From Kondoa subrosea (lineage: Eukaryota), in the NCBI GenBank assembly GCA_039545335.1, contig BCIN01000011.1, positions 1 to 64,000 on the forward strand: 64,000 bases of DNA, in the 5' to 3' direction. Positions 1-12,672 of this stretch are shown here, in pieces (the stretch's first letter is position 1; each line of letters begins with the position of its first letter). The notes below the pieces were generated by a model, which was given only the letters and a program-made list of their open reading frames with translations, was not told the DNA's origin and did no database searches. The position numbers and the translations under genes were made by a program.

Positions 1-95
1 AGTTTGTCTGCTGGAGTTATGAAGTCTTGCACGAGATCTTTCAAGCCAGGTTCTGCGTTCAAAGGATCTTGCTCGTGCGTTATTCGTTCAGTCAT
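1..95 (-). CDS. Possible 5' end of a gene running off the window edge (MTERITHEQDPLNAEPGLKDLVQDFITPADK...)
   Basis: ATG at 95 opens a frame to the window edge; no recognisable motif. Confidence 0.25.
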   Translation of the reverse strand, partial: MTERITHEQDPLNAEPGLKDLVQDFITPADK

Positions 96-439
96 TTGTA
101 AGTCTTGGAAGCAGTGGACACGGCGCAATCGGGATGGCAGGTATAAGGTCACTGTCGGGCGCCAGGAGGAAGTCTCAGGATAAACAGCGTCATGATTCGG
201 GTCGAGCAAGTCTAAAAAAAGTAATACAGTAGCTGAGAGGCCAACATAGAGCACAAGAAAACCTTATTCTTATAGTCAAATACACATGGTATATATGGCT
301 AAAGATCTGTAGATGTAGTACTAGAAGTGAATGTTGCATATAGCACCATTGACCCGTGACATGCTCGTAGCGAGGATTGTTGAGTGGCAGACATAACGTG
401 GAGTTATAGCCGGTAGAACGAAGACATCGACCTGGATTA

Positions 440-2130
440 ATCAAAGTCGGAACGATCTTCATCCAGAGCTGATCATGGCTCATCTTCATAATTCGGTACA
501 TAATCAAGTTGTTCTTCAGGTGTACAGATCTTCATGGCAAGGTGATGTTGTGTAGCAGAGTAAGACTTTTCTTTTTCCCTTATATTCGAAGCATCAGCCT
601 TATCACTAGGACAGACCGCAAGGAAGCGAAACTTGCCATTCAGCTAAAGGCTCGAGCATTTCAGTCTGCCTATCTCCCAGAACACCACTTTTCAGTATTC
701 CCTTCAAGTAAGTATCTCCTGAATTTCCCAGTATTTCTTTGTCGTCCTTAATTGCATAGATCGATTACCCCAAATCAATTGCGTGTCCTGGTTGATGATC
801 GTATTCTGGTCTCGTGGAAGCGTCACATCGAGGATAGTAGCGAAGCTTGACTTTGCTCTGCTGATCGAAAAGTTTGTCACACGTGTCGTTAAAGGAAATT
901 AGCGCATTCCTGCAGGAAACTTTGTCCTGATCTCGATAGGATGAAGATCGAGTGTACAGAGTCAGTTTCTCTAAGATAGGACAGGCGTCTGGACGAATTA
1001 CGATATGCACTTGCGAATATTCAAAGCTATTGATACTCCATGCCAAATTTCGCAATTGAAGCTTATGGCGGCCAGCATGCACCAGCCTATACGTTTCGAG
1101 AGTATCGCGTGTGTCAAAGGGCCGATGATCCAGAGTATGAAGAGCAGGGAATGCTCGCGGTAGAAGAGACCATGCATGGGTCGTAAGATCCACATGGCTC
1201 AGTACCAGTGTATGGAGATGAGGATATATCCATTGAAGGTGGAACAGATGAAATCCACAAGGCCGCGAGCAGCATCGTTGGACCTCAAAGTGAGCTTACG
1301 AATTGTCCATCTTGAGAGCCGAATTCCATCACGAAGTTACGCCAGTTGAATTTTATCACCCAACCAAATCAGTTCGGATAGATGTCTGTGCACTCGACAC
1401 AAGGGCGATACTGCTTTAGGTATTCTGCCCTCGTATCGAATAACCTTTAATCTTGGTAAGGTTGGTCCCCAGTGGATTGGGATTACTTGCAGACTTTCTT
1501 CAAGCGGGAGATGGTGTTCTTTTATAGTTACCTCTTCAAGTAAGGGGAAACCGCCAACATTATCGACAAAAATACTGCTAAAGCTCTTCAAATTTTGTAT
1601 TGGGACTTTGACAGATTGGGGTGATTTGAAGACAATCTCGATCTATCTCGATCTTGAGTCGGACTAGATGTTTGCACAGAGAAAGATTATGTAGAGAGCG
1701 TTCTTCCGTACCATATTGCTTTAATCTCTCTTTGTCCAAGACAAGTGCAGCGACACCCTTGATTCATCCAGGAAAAGTGGTTTCGTGTGGATCACAAGTA
1801 GTCCTGACAGCTACTTCGCGAACGTGCTGAGCCAGATCAGGATTCGCGAACAAGACTTGATTGCTGAGGTGATCGGCATTGAGCGAACTGTAGAGGTAGT
1901 TTTCGCCGCACGCGCTCCATAGCTCTACTAACTATTCAACTACAGCATAAGAGAGGTCATCAAGGCTTACTCGACACTCGCGACAGCCTGGCAAATAATC
2001 CTGCTTTCTGGCCGTACTCGGTCCGGACCTCATACTGATCTGTTTCCTGCGCCAATAACTCAAACACCAGCAAAACCATATCTTCAGGCAGCTGGGGTAT
2101 CACAGCGTGGATATTTGTGACCGTCCGTGT
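440..2130 (-). pseudogene. Degenerate F-box / LRR-like protein gene
   Basis: F-box-like PQLPEDMVLLVFELL...ARLSRVS, an intron, then LWSACGENYLYSS...LFANPDLAQHVREV and LRR-like YPHLHTLVLSHVDL. In-frame TGA at 1764-1766, TAA at 1337-1339, frameshifts near ~1600 and ~1225. No clear in-frame ATG; boundaries approximate. Confidence 0.65.
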
Positions 2131-2212
2131 CCAAACATCGACTTTCAGTAAATGACGATTGCTTGCTCTTGAACCACACGGACTACTGTAAAGACTCTTC
2201 AGCTCCCGAAGG

Positions 2213-3773
2213 ATGCCTCTAGTTACTCGCTCTTTCTCAAAGTATTCTGGACCAAGTGCTGTTGGTCTTGCAGACTTCGAAGTGCCGATTCCTCATCAAC
2301 ACTTTGGCAATTTCAAGCGCAAAGGACACACTGAATCTGGGTTTCAGCTCGCTACAGTGAAGTTTGCGGGTAATTGAGACTAAATTCATGCATCTATGGG
2401 TCACCGAGCTGATGATCGTGCGTGTATCTCAGTGTTCTATCCCACGAATGACAGCAAAGGAACTCATCCACTTTGGTTTCCTGACTTCTCATCTACCTTC
2501 AATGGGTACCTAACTTTCGCGAAACGAGCAAACTCAATAATCGCAAAGCTCTTGTCCTGTCAGTGGTGAGAAGAAGCGCATTCAGCATGTCGCTGATGCT
2601 TGTTCTTCGTCCATTGACAGATCCAATAGCTTGGACTCTATTCAAAGGCACTACCATCCCAGCTTATCAAAACGCAAGTCTAGCCGAATTACCATCAGGC
2701 TCTAAACATCCTCTCGTATTCTTCTCGCACGGTTTAGCTGGCAATCGATTCTTATACTCTGCTTTCTGTGGTGAACTCGCTTCAAGAGGGTATATTGTAG
2801 CTGCTGTAGAAAGCAGAGATGGTAGTGGACCTTCTACGAACATCCAAAACCCGGATGGAAGTACTCAGACAATTGATTATATTCAAGCTGAAGATATTGA
2901 GTAAGTCTATCTTTCTTGGTTTACCTGTTTGATTGATATACTACAAATAGATGGCCAGATTCAAGCAGTAGCGATCCAATGAAACTCAGACATGTACAGC
3001 TTGAAGTTCGCCGAGCAGAGTTCAAAGCACTTCTAGGCATTTTCCAGCGAGTAGCATTAGGTCAAACGGAATCGATACCTTTACCAACTCATGCAAACTC
3101 ATTCGACTGGTCGAGGTGGAAGAACATTGATATTGATAACCCAATTATGGCTGGTCATTCGTTTGGTGGAGCGACGGCTTTGAGTTGCGCTGAATCGGAA
3201 GAGACTTTTTCGAAGACGATAGTGTAGGTGATGGCAGAGCAGAGTGGAATTAGCTTGTAGCTAATTTCTATTCTGTCTTTGTATCTACAGACTCGATCCT
3301 TGGCTCGAACCACTTTCAGATTCAGTCATCAAAGCATCTAAGCCGCTAGTCATTAACAGCGAAGATTTTACTGTTTGGTCTTCTTCTTTCACTCGATTGC
3401 GCAGCGTAGTCAAGAAAGCGGGCGGAAGTCTCTTCACAATCGGTAAGTGTAATAACTCTTAGCACAGAGAGCCCAATTTCATGGTTCCTTTCAGCTGGAT
3501 CATCGCATCACAGCTTCTCAGATGTGAGGCTTAGCTTCTTCACAATCCATTTGTCAATTGATTATATACTAGTTCCCGCTTCTATTGCCAGATTACCTCA
3601 ATAAGAAGATGAATCTTACCCTTTCCGCGCCGCTGGTGATGAAGCATATTGTAGAGAACGTGGTTTGCTTCCTGGAAGGCAAAGAAGCTCCTGCTACGGT
3701 TGTCAAGAGTACGGAAACTCAATTCAAGAGACCGATCGCGGAGCCTGGTGTAGTTCTGCAGCATGAACTATGA
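2213..3773 (+). CDS. Platelet-activating factor acetylhydrolase (PAF-AH II family alpha/beta hydrolase), multi-exon
   Basis: N-term [52 protein letters not shown]; nucleophile motif GHSFG; LDPW; HHSFSD. Confidence 0.9.
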
Positions 3774-3889
3774 CCGGCGAAGATGTGATGGACTCTACAC
3801 GTAGATTGCGACTGTACATATCACATAGGCGATCTTTGCTACGGACTCGACTATGTACAGCAACTACGACAGAACCTGCCACAAGATCA

Positions 3890-4934
3890 ATGCTTGGACA
3901 TCACTTGGGTACTCGGACACTTATCAATCTTGCCCTATCAAGTTCATACACTCGACAGGAATCATCGCCCCATTTGGGTGCTTTGAAATTCCTCCTGTTT
4001 CTGCCATATCAATTCCTCTTTCCCGTAATGATGTATATCATTGGTGTATTCTGTTGCTGATCTCTTATGGCTATCACGATTTGGGCAATTGAAAGCTCCG
4101 ATGACGGATTCCAGTTGTCCTTTGTTGCCTGGAATGGTGATCCCGGGGAGATTTTCGTCTTCATTCTCTCTTTCGTTCTCTACATCTCTCTTCAACTATC
4201 TGATCAGTTCTCCTCGAACTTTCACGACGAAATCTTCTCACTATCATGTCACAAGAAAAGGTACGATATGTCTTGAGCCATCATGTCTAGAGATAGTACT
4301 AATTAGCCTGTTGCTAGATTGGCTCTCTTATCAGGACACCTGCAGAGGAGCGTCATCTTACACATCTCGTCTGTCAATCATACCAAAGAGCAAAGAGCAC
4401 GTCTCAGTCTTCTCTAGATTACTCATGAAGGCGCTGCAGCTTGGAATCACGATCATTCCGTATGGGAGACAGAATGTCAGAACATGAATAAGGCATTGCA
4501 TTACCACAATGCCCATGCGCGTGTCTGGAATGAACGAGATTTTAGGGTCAGAAGCATACTTCTGTCCACAACTAATTGCTGACGCCGACATCCTGTTCAG
4601 ATCGCTGTCAAGCATCGAGCTGATGAAATGGAGGCGAGTGAGATCTTGTATCTGGCAGTGAATTGGCTGACATTGTATCTAGATCGAGAGGCACATGCAG
4701 AATATGGCTCAACCAACATCACGGGCTTCACCATCACGGGCTCCGAACTTTGCATCATCTGTAGCTTTCCCACGAGAGTCGGAATCTATGCAGCATGTAC
4801 AGCAGGTGCGCTATTCTGTTGGGCCTTTGAAGTCAGCTAAACCTCTAAACGACTGATCTGTCTTCCAGCCTACGAGTCACCAGCCTCAGCCTTATTCTCC
4901 CAACAGACAAGTTCATCAGTGTCCCTCTTCCTGA
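3890..4934 (+). CDS. Conserved fungal hypothetical protein, multi-exon
   Basis: Spliced frame gives WNGDPGE...SNFHDEIFSL...TPAEERHL...LHYHNAHARVWNERDFRIA, which resembles an uncharacterised fungal family (recalled, not searched); start codon uncertain. Confidence 0.6.
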
Positions 4935-5532
4935 ACCTTTTAGGATGCGACTTAGTCAGATCAATCAATTGTATACTGCATGCCACTTTTCCCACTATAC
5001 TCGTCCCCCTCTCATTCAAGCGATTGATGCGCTGGGTATTCCTTCTGAATATGCTTGACTTATGCTCGCGATAGACTCAATCGCTGAACGCAAACAGCAC
5101 GCGAACTCCGACGCGTTTCCGCTCGTGCTTGTAACCTGTTTTACCCTCTTTCTATCTCGCAAGTTGTTGCAATATGTCTCTATGAAGCTTCCACATCGAG
5201 CTGCCCATCAGACCGATTGACAATGAATTTGCCGTCGAATAAAAGACAGAACATGCCAAAAGGCGAAGTACCGAAAAAGAACAATGAAAAGCGACTGACG
5301 CTGCATTCGACGCGTTTTAAGACGGAATTTGAACAAATATTCAGCAGGAGTAGGAAAGCCGTGCAAGAAGGTAAGTGTTAGCTAGAGGTAAAGACCACAG
5401 CTTTGTTTGGATGGGCAAATACAGTGGACAACAGGAGAGATTACGCAGCAGGGTCATGAACAGGGAGGAAAAGGCAGTTAGATCAGCATATACTGATGGG
5501 CATGGCTTATTAAAAGACCGCGAGAGCTCAGT

Positions 5533-8216
5533 TCAATGAAAAGGCTCGTGCAGCGCATAATTATCGTCCAAGCCTGCCTCACGCATCAACGCTGACATGT
5601 TTGGGCTGGAACCACCCAACTGGTCAAACATCTCATGCTGTCCGAATCGACCAGCCGCAAAAGTTGTTTGTTCTTCGTAAATCGATTGATCTTTACTAGG
5701 TTCTGCTAGCGTAGGTAAGTCCATGATGTTCTGATCGTGCGGAAGAAACTGGATTTGATTCGATGAGTGATGCCCGATTTCGCCAGGTACATGATATTGA
5801 GGATTCAATTGTGATAGCGCTCTAATGAGATCATGAGTGCTGATTTCCAGAGCTTAGAATGAAGTTACGCTGTCTGCTCCAAAGTGAATCGTTGCAAAGC
5901 ACCATTATTGTACTCAAAGTCTGCGGGTGACGGAGCATTGTTCGGTTGGACGAGATCAAGCTCCCAAGGCTGAGTTTCTAGCTTCCTCATCTCCTGTTGA
6001 AGTATGATAGCTAGCTGTTCCACATTTGGCGGTACATAACCCATGTGGAATGGCACTAGAGCGAAAGAATCTTCATGGTATTGAGGATCGTAGGGAGTCT
6101 GGATTTAACAGGAAGTCAATTTCCAACAACCAGATTACAATGAAATATACACTCACCGAATAGTGTTCGACCTTCCGCTGCTTCGGCAAGAACGTGAACT
6201 TAGTTTTATCTTCTCTCAACCAATGTCCTTTGTAAGCTGGTGACTGTTCGTTCTTGATCCCATCGAAGTGCATGTAGGAATAATGTGCATCCAGTTCTGG
6301 AAAGGTGGGCGTTGACTGATATTGGACAGGTGGCACATGAGGTGCAAAGATTGGGGGAGGTTCATATTGTGGTTGAAAATAGTCTGAAGGTTCTGGATAA
6401 GCTGTATGGATGTTATCGTATAAATCCGAGTAATCTCTTTGAGGCGGAAGAGAAGGTAGATGAGGTGTTGGAACATATGCCTACAGCACAGTCAACATAA
6501 TCAATATGTCTGGTTGCGTTATCACTCACCTGATGTGCATGCTGCGGTTGATGACGAGACTGAGGCATATAATGCGTTGATTGAGGCGTTCCAGGAGAAC
6601 GCGGAAAAGGTGTACCATGCGATCTAGTCGCATTCGGAGCAAACGGTTTAGAAGGCATAGGCGCAGCTCTAAAAGTCTCGTCAGATGGTTCCCCATCCAA
6701 CAAAACTCGGCTCACCTATACTCTGGAAAGCGAGCAGGACCGAAGAAAGGGCTATCACTATCTCTACGTCCAGATTCAGGCCGTACACTTGGTCGATGCT
6801 GGCTGGGCATTGTATTCAGTCGAGATGTAGCTGAACCAGGACCAGCTGAAGGTCTTAGAGCAGGACCGCCTCGAGATGGGAGTTTCTGACCCATCATAGT
6901 ACGAGGAGATGGTCGCTTTGCGCTACTTGAGGGTGTCGGTTTCTTCTGCTCGCTTGATCAGATACATGCTTTTCATGCATACATTAAAACTTACCATACT
7001 GGACTTTCTAGGCTTGGAACTATCACTTTCTGAATCGCTGTCGCTGTCTCTGGAGGAAGATTTGCCTTTCTTTTTCAGATCAGCTTTCTTAGGCTCGACC
7101 TTCTTTGGCAGTTCAGGCTTTTTGACGACAATCGCCGGTTTGGGCTTCAAGAGCTCCATCAACTGCTTCAGCTCCTTTTCGAACAGATCAGACAGATAAT
7201 TTGTAACTTATATATACGTACTGGAGGTATTTCAGGCGCTTTTGGTGCGGCCTACCCAAACAAATGATTGAGATTTCGCTCAGAAAATGTATTAGAATTA
7301 GGTATAACATACAACTGGAGCTGAAGGTTTAGGCTGAGGTGCGGTAGCAGGAGCAGGAGGTTCTAAGACAATACAAATCAGCTTAGGCATCGCCAGAATT
7401 TCGTCGAAGTATCGAATGACTGTCTTTTTCTCAGCGATGACTTACTAGGCGGAGCTTGCGCAGCTGGTGCTGGTGGTTTAACAGGTGCAGGAGGTGGTGG
7501 AGGTGGTGGCTGGAAAAGGCTAATATCAGATGGATCAATTAGTTAACGAATCGCAGCAATATACTGGAGGCTGTTACGATGGCTCAACAAGCGTGCGGAT
7601 TAGATACTAGGGTAGTAAGCTTACCATTGGACGAGGCTAGTAGCGGCAGATCATCAGCACAAAACATAAAGTGAGAAAGTATTGCAGACCGGAATTGGAG
7701 CACTTTTTGATTACAAAATCAGTCATATCCCGCGCCAATATCATTTCAGAAATGGACGTACGGAGGAGGTGGCGGAGGAGGCCTAGGAGCTACCCATTTC
7801 AATCAATAGTTGGCTAAGATTTTGATACTCAGGCCCAAAACATACGAGGTGGAGCTGGAACAGGCTAATTACTAGTCAGATCTGAATATGAATACGATAT
7901 GAGACTTACTGCTGGCCCAGAAGCGGGTGGACCCATAGGACTAGGTCCAAGAGGTACAATAGGGGCGTCTAGTCCAGCCCATCTATTCGCACGATCAGCA
8001 CCGGCCTATTCCTTGGTAGCAAGACACTCACTTTTGTAGCAACATTTGGCCTTGTTGTGCTCTTTGCTGAGTAGCTACGTTGAGTTCGCCAGCAGTTTGC
8101 ATGCGAGTTTGATTAGCTATTTGAGCCATAACTTCTTGTCGTTTCTCTTCAAGCTTCTTTACGTCTTGTTCTGTTGCTTCTGCTACTTCCATACCACTGC
8201 ACATAGCCTGGCCCAT
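5533..8216 (-). CDS. Hypothetical protein with N-terminal MGQAMC (possible myristoylation/palmitoylation), coiled coil, micro-exon-encoded polyproline linker and a low-complexity C-terminal half
   Basis: ATG 8216; chain of phase-compatible GT-AG exons (19, 28, 13, 12, 6, 64, 50, 30 nt between 7222 and 7864) joining ORFs 6923-7162, 6712-6897, 6073-6336, 5865-6056 and 5533-5808. Confidence 0.65.
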
Positions 8217-8611
8217 ATTGTATCGGATCCAATTCAACAATTCAAAACGAGGAGCGAAGATAGCTCCAAGCCAAATGAAAGCCAGAGAAGGCAGCAAGAA
8301 GTATAGGCTTGATTGTATATGGTAGCGCCTCTCGAGACGTCTTAACCAAGGTCTTTTGACTAAAAAGGCAGTGCTCTATTTGAACGAAGCTGCTGTGCTT
8401 GGCCTCTGCTCTCGGGAAGAAAACTCCATTGCGCGGCCACCCAACGGCGTGCGATATATACTGTCGGGCAGCGAGACGTGAAGCGAGTACTTTCGGAAGT
8501 CATTGAAACTCAGAACGAAAATCAAGCCAAATTTTGTAGCGAAAGGTCAACGCAAAGACAACAAGTCAAGCAAGACTGGCAGAACGGATACCATAGCTGG
8601 ATCATCACCAA

Positions 8612-10378
8612 ATGTCAGGCGCTATAAGTGAGCTTACGTAATGAGAATGGCGGCATCAAGAAAACCTGAGTCAATATTTCTCTTCCGTAAGCAGTCATGG
8701 CCTCTCCTATCAACAAAGTCAATGGCTTCGCACAGCGCAAATCATCTTCAGCTCAACCCATAGGCATTGCACTGGCTTCTCATCCATCTCAAGCAGACCC
8801 TTACAACCCAGCTTCGCCTAGCTCACCTTCAAATGTGGTATACAGCTCACCACCTATTGTTGCGCAAGCTTCAGCGAGTCCTGCATCTGGTAGATCAAGG
8901 AAAGCCTCGACTTTGCCTCAGCCAAAAGCTTTGACGGAATTCAAAGCTGGAGAAGATGGGTTAGTTGAAGAGACCAAGAAGGGCGTGAAGGCTCTATTAC
9001 TGGAGAATGTATGTCTCTGGCTTATAATATACTATCTGTACTCAAAAAGCTTTCGACATACAGGTCAGCGAATCTGGTATTGCTATACTAAGAGGCCAGA
9101 ATTATGTAGTAGATACTGAGAAGGCTTCATTATCGGAAGATGAATTGATTGCAAGGCTGAGAGACGGCCAATATCAGATATTGGGTATCAGGTCGAAAAC
9201 AAAAGTTACACGGAAAGTAATCGAGTCATGCACTAATGTGGGTGGTCGAGCAAGGAATTGAGTATCGTCTCATGTTCCATTGTTTGATGTCCACAGCTGC
9301 TTGTCATTGGTTGCTTCTGTATTGGAACAAACCAAGTCGATCTCCTCGCAGCTGCGAAAGCTGGTATCGCAGTCTTCAATTCTCCTTTCGCAAAGTAAGT
9401 CCGCACCTTCAAAGTATTGTACTCGCTAATGATCGTTATAGCTCACGATCAGTCGCTGAGCTGGTAGTCTGCGAAGTCATCGCTCTTTCTCGACAACTTT
9501 GCGACCGAGTGAATGAGATGCGTCAAGGAACCTGGAACAAAGTCTCCAAGAACTGCTGGGAAGTGCGAGGCAAGACTCTAGGCATAGTAGGATATGGTCA
9601 TATTGGTTCTCAACTTTCCGTCCTGGCTGAAGCTCTGGCTATGGATGTACTCTACTACGATGTTGTCCCTCTTATGCCGTTAGGATCAGCACAGCAAGTG
9701 GAAACTCTCGATGAACTCTTGGCCAAATCAGATTTCGTCACTTTACATGTACCGGAAATTCCAGAAACAATGAATCTCATTTCTGCTCCTCAATTAGCGA
9801 AAATGAAGAAAGGTTCTTATCTGCTCAACAACGCAAGAGGCAAAGTGGTTGATCTACCCGCTTTGGTTCAAGCGCTCAAATCAGGTCATCTAGCTGGTGC
9901 AGCAGTTGATNTTTTCCCAAAAGAGCCAGCAGCAAACGGAACTTACTTCACTGACAATCTCAATGGATTCGAATCGGAATTAAGAGAATGCCCAAACATT
10001 ATGCTCACTCCTCATATTGGTGGATCAACTGAAGAAGCGCAAAGAATGATCGGAGCAGAAGTTGGTGCCGCTTTAACTCGTTACATCAATTTCGGTTCTT
10101 CTCTTGGTTGCGTCAATTTCCCAGAAGTCAATCTTCGACCAATCATTGGAGATAAAGTGGTTCGGTTATGTTATGTTCATGCCAATCAACCTGGTGTGCT
10201 TAAAGCGGTCAATGCTATTCTGGGTGATTTCAACGTCGAGAGACAATTGTCGGATTCAAAAGGTGACACGGCTTATTTGATGGCGGATATTGCGGATGTG
10301 AGCGAACAGAAAGTAAGGGATATTTACAGTGCGATTAATAGCACTGCGGCCAATGTTCGCACAAGGGTTTTGTACTAG
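8612..10378 (+). CDS. SER3: D-3-phosphoglycerate dehydrogenase with C-terminal ACT domain
   Basis: IGCFCIGTNQVDL; GKTLGIVGYGHIGSQLSVLAE; NNARG; TPHIGGSTEEAQ; HANQPGVL. Short first exon at 8612 (alternative start 8697); one ambiguous base at 9911. Confidence 0.95.
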
Positions 10379-10478
10379 ATTTTCACATAATAGACTAGAT
10401 CTGCATTTAGACTTGTTTGCAAGGGGCAGATACATTCCTCGTATTGTGATGGCACTATTGACATCCATACTGAATAGC

Positions 10479-12434
10479 TTACTTTCCGACTGAGTGACCT
10501 TGGAGAGGTCTGGCCCCTTGGACAAAGTCGAAGGTACCTGTTTGCACATTGTTAGTGAGAGCGCACATCGAGTGAGAAAGATGACCAACCAGTAAACTTC
10601 ATAATGAAGCTCAATTCACCACCATTGGTGGTAGGATCAGTACCGACGAAGCTGAGTGGACACTCAGTATTGTTACAGCTCGTATCTGGAAGACTGACTT
10701 CATCGGGAAACCAATCTCGAATTTGGAAGCTTCTTCAAGCGTTTTGATCTGCCAAAAAAAATCAGCATGACTCGATGACTTGACATGCAGAGACGTACGT
10801 GTTCAGGAGTCAAGGTGATCTTCAAAGCATCGATGTTGCTGTGAAGGTGCTCGACTTTACGGCCACCGCTGTATATCATCTAATACTTGAGCTGACAGCC
10901 AGCAATAGACCGATGCAACATACACAATAGGTACAACATGAGTAGCTTTTTGTGAAACATAACTACAGGACGCGCCTGTATCAGCTTAGTACTCTGTACA
11001 TATAGGTCATGACTTACGCAAGAGCAACAGCTTGAATGCCAACACCAAGCTCTTCAGCTACTTTCTGCAAAGCTTCAGAAATCTTCTCCTCTTCTTCGGT
11101 CTGATCTTCGCTGCCCATCATGCTTCGCATCTTCTCACCACCTTTCTTGCGCTCTTCGATCTGTTTCCTATGGTATTCAAGGATATAGACATGAGCAACC
11201 AGGAAAAGGGTTACAGCAGAGAGCTGACTTCGTTTGGAACTTTCCTCCACCTAAGAAAACAGATCGAATGTTGAGCGCGACACAACAGATACGATATGTT
11301 AGGACTCACCGATGGCATCCCACGGAGCGATCTATAGAGGATCAACATCATATACACAGGAGAGAGTAGTGCAATAAACTTACTGCCATGCCCTCTGCGC
11401 GAGCCATAGGGATGATATCACGTTCGAGATCACGGATCAAAAGATTCCAGCGACCTTGATAGATCACGAAGGCTGCAGAGTGGATCAGCATCTCGAGGCA
11501 CTGATCGAAGAAAGTACGAACGAGCTAATCCATGGCAACGAGCATACATGTTGCACTTGGTGACAAACCAAGCTGGAGTGTCGCTAATACCCAAATACAA
11601 GACCTTGCCAGACTTGACCAAGACATTGAGACCTTGCATGATTTCTTCCACTGGAGTAGTCCAATCGAACCAATGCAAGTAGAGAATGTCAACGTATGAA
11701 GTCTGAAGTTTTTTCAGCGAAGCTTCCAAAGATAGAGACATCGACTTGAAGCTGTTACCAGAGTAGTTTGCTCTGACTTTCGCTGTGGGCTCATAGAAAG
11801 TGGTGAATTTGGTAGCAATGACCATTTCGTCACGATTGCCCTTCTTTTGCATCCATTCACCAATCCAGGTTTCGGATTCACCATCCTGGCTGAAAACAGG
11901 CTGTCAGATATCGCAAACCAAACAGAAGGATTCGGCTCACTAATTGTTCCTGTTTCCTCGCAATGTCAGACCTGCATCGATCGCAAGCAAATTGGGCTCA
12001 CGCAGTATCAATCATATTACTACACGACGAATAAGCTCATGTGGTTGCACAGCAGGCGATCTACGCACCCACCAGCCTCGCTGTCAGTTCGAATGTCAGC
12101 AATATCAGCAGAAAACGTGACCGCAGCGTACTAGAAAGCGTCGAGCAGCTTGAAACTATCTTCCTTGGTCATAGTGCCCATGAACTTATCCCAAGCTTGA
12201 CCGATAGACCTATGACCATTTGATCTATCTTAGAACTTGCTTGCGAAAGCACAAGGAAAGAGAGCCAACATAGCTCCGAGCTGTAGAGGGGAAACACGAA
12301 GACCGCATGAAGGCGAGAGGATTCTCAGTCGTCCTAAGGGAGTAGTAGGTTCACTGTCGACGGAAAGATCAGCGGCAGCATGCGAATCATTGGGAATAAG
12401 ATGCTTACGGTGCAGGTCCGAATGTGGTGCTCAT
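10479..12434 (-). CDS. Aldo-keto reductase, aryl-alcohol dehydrogenase (AAD-like), many introns
   Basis: [99 protein letters not shown]. Confidence 0.9.
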
Positions 12435-12672
12435 CTTCTTCGATGTAGTGGTGTTAGCAGGACAAGCCCGGACTGCTTACTGATGCCATTACATAAAGAT
12501 CGGAGAGTTCAAGTCTTTGTTTACAACGGCCGCTGCACATTCGGCATATAGCAAGAGACGCGTAGAGAGACTGTGCAAAGGCAGGCGAGAACAAGGAGAA
12601 GGAAAGCAATTGAGCAAAGACTGAGCAAAACTGGTTTTGGCAACGAATCGGAAAATTGAGCGAAACAGATGA

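Noticed and set aside
9911..9911. Single N in SER3
   Set aside because: Ambiguous base in a conserved DVFP codon (probably G); an assembly or heterozygosity artefact, not a lesion
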